From contig NC_058368.1 of assembly GCF_018350175.1 (NCBI RefSeq), positions 168,146,001 to 168,210,000 on the forward strand: a DNA stretch of 64,000 nucleotides, in the 5' to 3' direction. Numbering within the stretch: position 1 is the first letter of the stretch; each line of letters opens with the position of its first letter. The stretch is from Felis catus. Lineage: Eukaryota. The notes beneath the pieces are model-generated. The model worked only from the letters and a program-made list of their open reading frames with translations, made no database searches and was not told the origin of the DNA. Below, one piece after another: positions 53,460 to 64,000 of this stretch. Position numbers and translations under genes: made by a program.

Positions 53460-53640
53460 AGGATCTCTGGCTCCCCCACTTACCACCTATGTGACTTTGA
53501 GCAAATTAATGTGTCTCGGTTTCTTCATCCATAAAATGTGGCTGATAACAACATGGACCTCACAGGGTCATAGTGAGGATTAAATGAACTAATATACTAG
53601 CATAGTGTGGGACATATACAAAGCAACCAACAAATGCTAT
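53460..53640 (+). mobile_element. MIR
   Basis: ccacttaccacctatgtgactttgagcaaatta...ggtttcttcatccataaaatg...gaggattaaatga. Confidence 0.8.
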
Positions 53641-54042
53641 GACTTTTATATCAAATTACCCCACACTTTACAAGTAACAGGGTCTCTTACTTCACTCACA
53701 ATAAAACTAATACTCTCTTTGTCAGAAATGTATTATGTATGATTAGTGACTTAACTGTAAAACATTATAAATAGTTATTTTTTATACATGTGGACATGTA
53801 TATAAATTAATCCAGAGTATGGTATGAAAACTGTAATTATAATTAACAGTCAACAATAGATACTCTGTGTATATTAGGACTTTTACATGTGTTATCTTTT
53901 TTAATTGAGATATAACTAACATATACCATTTTATTGATTTCAGGTATACAACATAATGATTCAACTATTTGTATATATGTGAAATGATCACCAACCAGTC
54001 TAGTTAACATCCATCACCACATATATTTTGTTTGTTTGTTCT

Positions 54043-54087
<45 letters not shown>

Positions 54088-54665
54088 AGCATGAACACAA
54101 GTGACAGGAGGAGAGACAGAGGGAGAGACAGTATCCCAAGCAGGCTCCATGCTTAGCATGGACACAGGGTTCAGTCTCATGACTCTGAGATCACGACCTG
54201 AGTCAGTATCAAGAGTCAGACACTTAATCCACTGAGCCACCCAGGTGCCCCCATCACCACATATATTTATAAATTTTTCTTATGATGAGATCTTTTAAGA
54301 TCCACTCTCTTAGCAACTTTCAAAAATATAATGCAGTAGTGTTAACGATAGTCACCATGCTATACATTGCACTCCATGACTTATTTTATAACTGGAAGTT
54401 TGCTCCTTTTGACCATCTTTACCCACTTCTCATAACTGCCAATCTAGTCTCTACATCTATGAGGTGGCTGAGTTTTTTGTTTTTGTTTTTTTTAGAGTCT
54501 ACATGTAAGTAAGATCGTATATTATTTGTCTTTCTCTGCCTGACTTATTTCATTTAACATATTGCCCTCAAAGTCCATCCATGTTGTCGTAAATGGCAAG
54601 ATTTCTTCTCTACAGTTGAGTAATATTCCACTGTGTGTATACGTACACACACATATATATACACA

Positions 54666-54971
54666 CAGCTGACCCTGAATAACATGGCTTTGAACTTTAT
54701 AGGTCCACTTAAATGCAGATTTTTTTCAATAAATACAATATAGTTTTATAAATGTATTTTCTCTTATGATTTTAACATTTTTTTCCTCTAGCTTACTTTA
54801 GGAATGCAGTATATAATACATATACAAAATATGTGTTAATCAACTATTTGCTATCAAATCAACAGTAGGCTATTAGCTGTTAAGGTTTAGGAGAAGTTAA
54901 AAAGCATACATGTATTTTCAACTGCACAGAGATTTGGCATCCCTAGCTCCTGAGTTTTCAAGGGTCAATGG
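54666..54971. mobile_element. Tigger2a-like Tc1/mariner MITE
   Basis: Termini cagctgaccctgaa / ttcaagggtcaatgg. Internal gaactttataggtccactta...cagtaggctattag. Confidence 0.85.
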
Positions 54972-55601
54972 TATATATAACACATTTTCTTTATCCATTC
55001 AGTCACTGGTAAGACACTGAAGTTACTTCCAGGTCTTACCATGAATGGCTGCAAAGAACATGAAGGTTGCATGTATCTTTTCAAGTCAGCTTTTTCATTT
55101 CCTTCAGATAAATACCCAGAAGTGAAATTGCTAGATCATATGGTAGTTCTATGCTTAAGTTTTTGAGAATCTCCATACTGGCTGCACCAATTTATATTCC
55201 CACCAGCAGTGCAAGAGGTACCTTTTCTCCACATTCTCACCAACACCTATTATCTCTTGTTTCTTTAGAATAGCCATTCTAAAAGGGGTGAGATGTTATC
55301 TCACTGTGGTTTTGATCTGCACTTCCCCGGCGACCAGTGATGTTGACTACCTTTTCATGAAACTGTTGGTCATCTGTACGACTTCTTTGGAAAATGTCCA
55401 TTCAGATTCTCTGCCCATTTTTTAATCAGATTGTTATTTTGCTATGGAGTTGTAGGAGTTCTTTATATATTTTGGCTATTAACCCCTTATTAGATACAGT
55501 AAAACCTTGGTTTGGGAGCATAATTTGTTCCAGAAACATGCTTGTAATCCAAAGCACTTTATATCAAAGTGAATTTCCCCATAAGAAATCATGCAAACTC
55601 A

Positions 55602-55820
55602 GGGGCGCCTGGGTGGCTCAGTCGGTTGAGCGTCCAACTTCGGCTCAGGTCATGATCTCACTGTCTCTGAGTTTGAGCCCCATATCAGGCTCGCTGCTGT
55701 CAGCGTGGAGCCTGGAGTCTGTTTCAGATTCTGTGTCTCCCTCTCTCTGCCCCTCCCCCACTCATTCTCTCCCTCTCTCTGTCAAAAATAAATAAATATC
55801 AAAAAAATTTAAAAAAAAAT
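55602..55820 (+). mobile_element. Can-SINE inside the Tigger-like element
   Basis: ggggcgcctgggtggctcagtcgg head. Degenerate TSD ending ..aaactca. Confidence 0.93.
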
Positions 55821-56317
55821 AATGGAAACTCAGATGATTCATGCCACAACCCCAAAATATTCATATAAAATGATTATATTACTGTAATATAATACAAAAT
55901 AATGAAGAAAACCCAAAATATAAAGAAATAAATAAATTAACCTGCACTTACCTTTGAAAACGTTCATGGCTGGTGTAAGGGAGACAAGAGAGAGGAGGAT
56001 TTTGTGCAGGACTGTCACTATCACTAACGGAATCACTGCTATCTATTGGCTGACTGGAATCTTTTTCTTTTCAGGCAACTTTAACAAGGAACCTATCCAA
56101 TGAACCTGCTTTTGTCTCCTTTTGAGTATTTGCAGAAATGTAACACTGTGTTGCTGATCTCCCACAATCCCAAAGCAAGCCAGCAAGCAAGTGAGCAAGA
56201 GAGATGGAAGAACCAACCAATGGCTCAGTTGTCATCATGTGACATTCAGAGTCACATACTACTCACATTGCAAGGCAGCTCACTTATCAAGTTAAAATTT
56301 ATTAGAAACGTTTGCCT

Positions 56318-56366
56318 CTGGAAACCAATTTGACAATAAATTTCATATATTGAAAAAAAAAAAAAA
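56318..56366 (+). mobile_element. About 50-bp extremely 5'-truncated retroposed insert (probable L1 3' tail)
   Basis: AATAAA plus A-tail. Perfect 14-bp TSD agaaacgtttgcct at 56304-56317 and 56367-56380. Confidence 0.85.
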
Positions 56367-57569
56367 AGAAACGTTTGCCTGTCTTGAGGAACACTTCACA
56401 GAACAAGTTACTCACAATCCAAGGTTTTACTGTATATGATTTGCAAATATTTTCTCCCATTCAGTAGGCTGCCATTTCATTCTGTTGATGGTTTCCTTCG
56501 TTTATATAAGCTTTGTATAGTTTGATGTAGTTTCCCTTATTTTTTGCTTTTGTTGCCTTTTGCTTTTGGCATCAAATCCAAAAAAATCATTGCCCAGGCT
56601 GATGTCAAGGAGCTTACCATTTATGTTTACTTCTAGGAACGCTATGGTTTGGGGTTATATGTTCAAGTTTTTAACCCATTTTGAGTTAATTGTTGTGCAT
56701 CATGTAAGATAGGGGTCCAGTTTTCCCAATGCCACTTACTGAAGAGACTATCCTTTCTCCATTGTACATTCTTGGTTTCTTTGTCATAAATTAATTGACC
56801 ATACACGTGGGGTTTATTTCTGGGCTCTCTATTCTGTTGTACTAACCTATCTGTCTGTTTTTATGATACTACTATACTGCTTTGACTACTATGGTTTTTA
56901 ATATACTTTGAAATCAGGAAGTGTGATCCTCCAGCTTTGTTCTTTTTCAAAATACATATACTATCTTATTTAATTAAAAACAGAACCACAAATGTCATTA
57001 CTATTAGTATCCTAATTAAGGATATAATTAGGAATATCCTATTCCTATATAAGGAAACTGAGAAGCAGAGAGGTTAAATAACTACTACTTAAGTCCACAC
57101 AAGGTAAGTGACTGACTCACAATTAAAATCCAGGTCTGTACAACCCCAAAACCAGAGCTCCTCAACAAAATGAACACTCCCTCCACAACTATCAACTTGC
57201 TCAGAATCCCAGATAGAAAAACAGAAATTAATGACCTTTAAGATTACTTACCATGAATGCTGAATGAAATGCAAATGTGTAACTTATAAAGTAGATGACA
57301 AGGGTATTTCCTTCACCATATAACTACAGTGATAGTTCTAGTTGACTGAGGTAGTGCCTAGGACACAAGACTCCAACAAATCATTTGGTCAAATAAGCTA
57401 ATCCAGGTTTTTGTTTTGTATGGGGTGAGGGGGCAGAGGGAGATACATAGTAATTTAAATCAAAACAATTACATGAAATCACTAAAACAATTTTTTAAGC
57501 CACAATTTTTACTTTCTAATAACCTTGGCCTATGGTAAGCTTTTTGTGACTAAATCTTGAGTATATTTT

Positions 57570-57785
57570 TTTTTTAATTTTTTTTTCAACGTTTATTTTT
57601 GGGACAGAGAGAGACAGAGCATGAACGGGGGAGGGGCAGAGAGAGAGGGAGACACAGAATTGGAAACAGGCTCCAGGCTCCGAGCCATCAGCCCAGAGCC
57701 CGACGCGGGGCTCGAACTCACGGACCGCGAGATCGTGACCTGGCTGAAGTTGGAGGCTTAACCGACTGCGCCACCCAGGCGCCCC
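57570..57785 (-). mobile_element. Young felid SINEC_Fc-type SINE
   Basis: CpG-intact. TSD agtatatttt. Confidence 0.95.
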
Positions 57786-59884
57786 AAGTATATTTTCATT
57801 CAAATGTAAAATAATAACCATGCCTCCCTTCTACCTACCAATACTGGCATTTTAGAGACCAACTGTTTTATTATCTTTGTTCTCATACAGGAGAAGTGAA
57901 GAAGTAAACTAAACATCTTTGAAATGCTACTTTGTGTCCAGAACTGTAAGTCTCCTACAAAAGCTATGAGATTAATCTTCACAACCACCACATTGGCAAG
58001 GTATTATTATTATTCTCATTCCGCAGGGGCAGAACACGATATTTATTCCTCTAAATTAGATCACGCATCCAGCAAAAGACAGAGCCTAAATTTGAACCCA
58101 AAACTACCTCTAAAGCTTTCTCAACCAGTGAGCAACATTTACCCTCACTTTCTTCACGAGCACTACTCTCCTAACTCAGCAGTCCTCCTCATGTACTATC
58201 CCAGAACTAATTGGATGGGGAATCTGGGTAGAAGGGAATTTATATGTAGATTTCCCCCTCATGATAATCAAGAGAAAACAATTTGAAGAGTTGTTAAAAA
58301 TAAAATTTTTAACACTGTATTAAAACTTGAAAACAATTAACAATAAAGTGAATGTGATCCAATATCAAATTATCTTTTATGTGTATTCCTTAGCCAAACA
58401 CTTGAGTAAACTATCACTGGCGAGAAAACAATATGCCTAATTCCAAGGATGAAATAAAATGGTTAATGAATTAGCTGGGTTTTTTTTTCATGTTTCCTAA
58501 CCTTTTAAAACTTTGTATTTCACAACTTCATTGTACCACAGAACTTTAGGAATTGGACACAGTAGTTTATTTAAAATACTAGAATTGCTTTGTTATAATA
58601 TGAATACTTTCAGAGAAGCTATCAAATGACCTTGATGATCTACACAACATTCATTATAGACTGGTAAACATTTGTGAAAATCCTTGCTGTGATGATTGAT
58701 TGCATTTTTCCCTGCTTCAGTTACCTCAAACTAAATTGCCTGTCATTAAAATGATGACTTCTGTCAATGTAGTTCCTTAATCCTTCCTCAGTCCTTTCTA
58801 GCAATGACAACCTTAGAATAATATACTGTAAGTCTTTATGGATCAATAATGCTCACTATAAAACACTGCAATCTACCACCAAGATTTTTATCCCCCTATT
58901 TATAATGATGTCTGACAAGCTAACTAACAGTAAGATTTCTTACTAAGGAAAAAAAAAAAAGACATCTAACAAATAAGTCAAATACAATACTATAAACACC
59001 ATATGCCAATCTAAACAAGTTAAGAATTTTGAGTGAAGCTCAATGTTAGCAAAATGCTTTTATCCTAAAGTAGTTAATGACTGAGATGTCATTTGCAGAC
59101 TACTCAAGAAAAAAATTATTATGCAGGCCCTTACTTAGACATTTTGAGATGATTTATGGGAGGTTATTTATGTGAAAAGGCTTCTCTGCAATGTCAGAAA
59201 CAGAAAGCTTCCACTTAAAAACCATAAAAGATAAACCAACGTGCATACTCTGCCTAATTTTTTCCATAGGCAATTATAAAAGACTTTTTTTCCCACTTAA
59301 CCTATATTTAGATTGTATCTTGGACATCTTTATATGGAAATTAGATTATAATTGCTTTTAAACACTACAATTTAGATGTTTTCATTTAAATCAAGAATTA
59401 TTTAAAGTAAATGCCATTATATCAATGAAAACAGAGCCATGACACTCTTTACAACTGACATTACCTCTTTTATATAAGGAGTTATATTAACCATGCTTTC
59501 TCTAAATCTTCATGTGCTTCATCATTTTTTAAATTCAACCTGAAGTCTTTGACAGTAGTAAACTGGAGGGGAAAGTTTCAACAAGGTAACAGTTCACCAT
59601 ATTTTTCCTCCTAAATTATTTAATTATAGGATAAGAAACAATTTGTTTTTACTATTGGGCAGTTTGAAAAAAATATCAGATTTTATTGTAGTTACAGAAG
59701 AATTAACTCCACATCAATGTATCACTTTAAATTCTCCAAGGGGGAAAATGTAACCTCCATGCATTCTTCCTCAAAACACTATTAGAGGAATTAAAATTGA
59801 AGAACTAAAACAAGTTAGAGAAAAATACAGATACCAGGAAAAACAGGGCTCTAACACAGAAAAGAGACAAAAGAAATCTTAATT

Positions 59885-60108
59885 GGGGCACCTGGGTGGC
59901 TCAGTTGGTTAGACGTCTGACTTCGGCTCAGGTCATGATCTCACAGCTTGTGGGTTCCAGCCCTGAATCAAGCTCTGTGCGGACAGCCAAGAGTCTGGAG
60001 CCTGCTTTGGATTCTGTGTTTCCCTCTCTCTCTGACCCTCCCCTGCTCACGTTCTGTCTCCCTCTCTCTCTCAAAAATAAAAAAAACATTAAAAAAAATT
60101 TTTTTAAA
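59885..60108 (+). mobile_element. Can-SINE
   Basis: TSD aaagaaatcttaatt / aaagaaatccgaatt. Confidence 0.92.
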
Positions 60109-60597
60109 GAAATCCGAATTGAAGGAGGGCTTAGGGCTCCAGAAAGAATGTCTCTAAGAAAAAAAAATAAATAAACACTAATTATGTTATTAATTTGATC
60201 ACATTGAGATGAGTTCTATTTTGCTCAGAATTTAAGGTAAGAATTAGTAATTTGTACAATGAAAACTAAGAAAATGGTGGGGGGGTAGTTAACAACTCAA
60301 AAAATTCACAAAAGAGAAAAAAAGTGAACATAGAACTTTACATAGCTCTGTTGTAAATATTTACAGTTATAATAATGTGATGTAAATACAACAAAAAATG
60401 AGGAGGAAAAAAAAGAAAACAAAATGGTGTGGGGGGCGGGGGGGGGGGGAAGGAAATGCTAAATCATTGTCTTTCACAGTAGAAAGACATAATTAAAATT
60501 GAAAAGTCAGGAAATACCAGAGTCAATGGGGGGTGGGGGAGGGGGCAGATATAGAAGTAAATAAAGGGGGAAAAAAGAGCACCAAAAGTTGAGAGCA

Positions 60598-60800
60598 GGG
60601 GTGCCTGGGTGATTTAGTCAGTTAAGTATCCAACTCTTGATTTGATAAGACTCAGGTCATAATCCCAGGGTCAAGTGATGGAGCTCCATGCTGAGCGTGG
60701 AAACTCCTTGAGATTCTCTCTCTCTACCTCACTCCCTGCTCCTCCTCTGCTCATGCTCACGCATGCTCTCTCTCTCTAAATAAGTAAATAAACATTTTTT
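60598..60800 (+). mobile_element. Can-SINE (older)
   Basis: ggggtgcctgggtgatttagtcagttaag head. Confidence 0.85.
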
Positions 60801-62057
60801 TATATATATATATGAAAAGCAGTTGTCTCTGTGAGAAGGAGTAAGGAATGGAGAGAGAGGTATCCATCTTTCACTCTAGGCCTAACATACTTTGACTTTT
60901 TAAACTAAGTACACTTACTGGTTTCTGAAAAATTTTAAATTAATTGAAGTGGAGCTACATGAATCAATACTGACAAAATCTCAAAAAGAATATTGGCCAA
61001 AAAAAAAAAAGGAAAATTTCAAACTGTTGAGTTCACTACTGAAGTTTAAAAGCAAACAACCAAAACAGACAGTGAGGAGTGTAGCCATTGTTAGGCGAAC
61101 TGTAACTCTTCTTCTTACTAGCAATGACATGGTGGACTAACTGACTTACCAGCTGGTTGCCTGAGTCTTCTCATGTAACAAAATAAAGATAACTATAGTA
61201 CTGACGATTATGATTATGTTACTTTACGGACTGAGATAATGCATGTGAAGTGCTTGGTACATAGTATATTCTTCCAAAATATGTGTTATTAATCTTTTTT
61301 ACTCACTTTTCAATTTTTCTGTCATGAAAATACAAATTCTTACTTGAAATTATTTTTCCAAAATGTTCAAAAGTTCATTGAATTAAGAAGTGGCATCTAC
61401 TATTTAATCTATTAGTGGTGTCAAAAAAATAGCCTCAATTAACGCCTACCCTGTGTGATCCCACACAGAAATAAACATTGAGCAAATATTTAAAGAATTA
61501 TTGAAGAGGTGCCTTAATCTCCTCTAATTTTACACATCCACCTAGTAGGTTTAAGGAATAAATAACAAGATATGGGGAATACAGAGATACAAAACACATG
61601 GTTTCTGCAATCAGCTAGCTCACTGTAATCAGGGTAAGGGAAGCAGAGAGGCAGAAATGCAGTGTGATGTGGTATGTCATGGCTTTGAAGTCAAGCAGTC
61701 TGGGGATCCAATCCTGGTTTTGCAATCTTAAACTCCAAGCTCGTTTCCTATGCAAAAATTTGGATAACAGTAATTGCCTTGCAGAGCTCCCTAAAGATCA
61801 AGACAATACCCTTAAAGCAACTACCATGGGACATACAGTAGGCCTTCAATATTTGTTAACTCTCAGTTCTTTTAGAATTACTGTTGATGATACCTACACT
61901 GAGAAATGGGAAATCTGAGAGGAAAAGGCTTTGTACACATCTGTTGTAAAATTTTCACAAAAAGACACAAATAAATGCTCTGCAAATTCTTAGTGAGAGA
62001 ACTTACTTCAGATAAGAGAAACCAGGGAATATTTTTTCTGGAGACACTGGCATTTTA

Positions 62058-62290
62058 TTTTTTTATTTTTTTTTTAATTTTTTTTTTCAACGTTTATTTA
62101 TTTTGGGGACAGAGAGAGACAGAGCATGAACGGGGGAGGGGCAGAGAGAGAGGGAGACACAGAATCGGAAACAGGCTCCAGGCTCTGAGCCATCAGCCCA
62201 GAGCCTGACGCGGGGCTCGAACTCACGGACCGCGAGATCGTGACCTGGCTGAAGTCGGACGCTTAACCGACTGCGCCACCCAGGCGCCCC
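62058..62290 (-). mobile_element. Young felid SINEC_Fc-type SINE
   Basis: Near-consensus. TSD tggcatttta at 62048-62057 and 62291-62300. Confidence 0.96.
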
Positions 62291-62302
62291 TGGCATTTTA
62301 AA

Positions 62303-62455
62303 TACCATGTTCCAAAGATCCTAAGACACATATTTTCATGTTTTAACATCTCTGAAACAGAACATATCCAGCAATGATGATGTGTCAGTTCAATTGGCAA
62401 CTTTTTTTTTAGTGGTATATAAAATAATAATGCATTTTAGATTCAGTAAAGTACA
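62303..62455. mobile_element. MER104-like Tc2/Kanga MITE
   Basis: ctaagacacatattttcatgttttaacatctctgaaa...aattggcaac...tagtggtatataaaataat...ttagattc. Confidence 0.75.
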
Positions 62456-62799
62456 ATATATATGGATGAAGGGAATTCTGTAGAGAGTGGCAATACCCAA
62501 GGCACAGTGTTGCAATTCCCAGCATGATGTTGGCATACATAGTTCGGGTTGGCTGGCATATAGTTGTATACAAAGAGGAGTAAGGAAATAAGGATGATGA
62601 GGTAGACTGTTCCATCAATTTGTTTACCTGTGTCATTATCATTCTAGCTAATTTACTGTTGTTTTATGTGGCAAAGTATAAATTTGATATGTGCTAGGAT
62701 GAGTCCACCCATACTGTACTTCAAAACCAATTCGCTCTTCTTGACGCTCTTCTATGTCAATTTTTAAATCAGACTGTCTAAGCACACCACCCCTGAGGC

Positions 62800-62935
62800 A
62801 GGAAGGCTGTTCGCGAACGCACACAGCGCCCCCTCGTGGCGAAAGGGCATTTGCGCATGCGCAGAGCGCCCATTCGAAATGCAAGGTTAGTTGCATTTGC
62901 GCGCAAACCATGCTGGGCGAGGTAGGCCATCTACG
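62800..62935. promoter_or_regulatory. CpG-rich regulatory element with CTCF core, NRF1 palindrome and E2F-like palindrome
   Basis: CAGCGCCCCCTCGTGGC at 62824-62840 (minus strand GCCACGAGGGGGCGCTG, CTCF core). TGCGCATGCGCA at 62852-62863 (NRF1). TTTGCGCGCAAA at 62896-62907. About 14 CpG in about 125 bp within CpG-depleted DNA. Confidence 0.75.
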
Positions 62936-62954
62936 CTAATGCTGAGAAAAGCTA

Positions 62955-63175
62955 CTAGTTGGGATTTCGATCAAAATTGTATTGAACTTAATGGTTTCAT
63001 TTGGGGAGAATTTCTATTCTTGTATTCCCATCCAAAAACGTGGTATCTCCATTTATTTAGATCTTACATCTTTCAATAAAGTTGGGTAATTTTTTCCATA
63101 GAGGTCTTGTACATCTTTTGTTGAGTTTAGTCCCTGGTATTTACTTTTGGGATTTGTTATTATAAATGGCGTTTA
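62955..63175 (-). mobile_element. Old L1 ORF2 fragment
   Basis: gggatttcgatcaaaattgtattgaa...tctccatttatttagatc...agaggtcttgtacatcttttgtt. Confidence 0.75.
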
Positions 63176-64000
63176 AGTTATGTTCGGTAAATTTATGGAA
63201 TATTTAGCAATCTCAAGTATATAAGACAATACAATACGTTTAATCTTGTTTTCCTATGTTTATACATATCACAATTTAAAAATTAACAAAAATATTTCCA
63301 TGATACACAAAATACTGCAACTTCAAAAGTCCAAATAAAAGATTCATAACTCATATGCAACTTCATTTAAAATAACTAAAGCACAGATATAAACTGTCCT
63401 GGAAATAACATAGCATCCAAAATCATATACAACACATATAAAATGTTGGATTAAATACTGGATTAGATCTACTTCTGCAATTTTGAAATAAATAATGGCA
63501 TCAAAACAATTATGCTTGCTCACTTTAGTGATTTTATTCTGTCAACTCCCCATTTGCCATACCAACTGAAAGAAACACTGACACATACAACAACAACAAA
63601 AAAGCAGATATTGTGCCCACGTGAGTTAAATGTACACTAAAAAGTTAGGCATCCCCTAAATTTGTAGGTATCCAGAACAGCTGGGTCATTATCCACTCTC
63701 CTTTCCCTTAAGACAACTTCACTGATCACATGAGATAGATGGTGGCAGGGAACTGAATTTACTGGCAGGAGAAACAAATCCCAGCTAGTTCCCTTAAAAT
63801 CCAAAATAGACTATACACAGACATTTCTTTTCCCAAAATTTCTCTGACCCAATTTCTAAATTCTCCTTACTCTTTTGCTGTTTTTCTTAGAGAGTCATTA
63901 ACAAGCTAAAAAAACAAAATCAACAAAATGAGTTTGGGACCAGTTTGGCTAACTTCCAAATTTCTATCTCTTGGGCTCCAGATCTTTGGACGTACCTAAG

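Larger units (their letters stand above)
55497..56432. mobile_element. Tigger-like Tc1/mariner DNA transposon (non-autonomous)
   Basis: Perfect 14-bp TIR cagtaaaaccttgg / ccaaggttttactg (imperfect to about 30 bp), flanked by TA on both sides. Confidence 0.88.
53895..56950 (-). mobile_element. L1MA-like element (3' UTR plus ORF2 end) hosting several insertions
   Basis: ttcaggtatacaacataatgattc...gatccactctcttagcaactttcaa...ggtttatttctgggctctctattctgtt. Contains a minus SINE at 54026-54252. Confidence 0.88.
10497..64000 (-). other. FBXL17: Large FBXL17 intron upstream of the exon (>53 kb, 5' end outside window)
   Basis: The preceding FBXL17 LRR exon was not found in this interval. FBXL17 is known to have very long introns. 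Confidence 0.8.

Noticed and set aside
55394..55795. 133-aa ORF
   Set aside because: A chimera of L1 antisense, Tigger end and SINE.
5518..62308. Recurring ORFs such as GAPGWRSRLSVRLQPGHDL... and MAQLVKRPTSAQVMIS...
   Set aside because: They are reading frames of Can-SINE copies, not genes.
1..64000. CRISPR arrays, operons or prokaryotic systems
   Set aside because: Mammalian intronic DNA with no regularly spaced repeat-spacer array or gene cluster.

Overview
Felid (cat-like) genomic DNA. The evidence is roughly 40 carnivore tRNA-derived Can-SINEs, including five young, CpG-intact SINEC_Fc-type copies. The window lies inside the FBXL17 gene, transcribed on the minus strand. The only confidently identified coding sequence is one 108-nt internal LRR exon at 10389-10496 (VTDQSVKAFAEHCPELQYVGFMGCSVTSKGVIHLTK). 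The rest is intron filled with SINEs, L1/L2/MIR fragments, MaLR/ERVL LTRs, DNA transposons (Tigger, MER5, MER104, Charlie) and microsatellites. Nearly all supplied ORFs are repeat-derived or random. I could not establish a new biological system. The best leads are: (1) a compact CpG-rich element at about 62.8 kb with CTCF, NRF1 and E2F-like palindromes and an antisense splice donor; (2) a highly decayed Ty3/Gypsy-like LTR element at about 12.5-20 kb with a partial tRNA-Pro PBS and a protease-like remnant; (3) candidate cryptic FBXL17 exons at about 3.5-4.6 kb; (4) a micro-inversion that flipped a SINE target-site duplication at about 18.4 kb; (5) deeply nested insertions. Repeat subfamily names come from remembered consensus sequences, and repeat boundaries are approximate.
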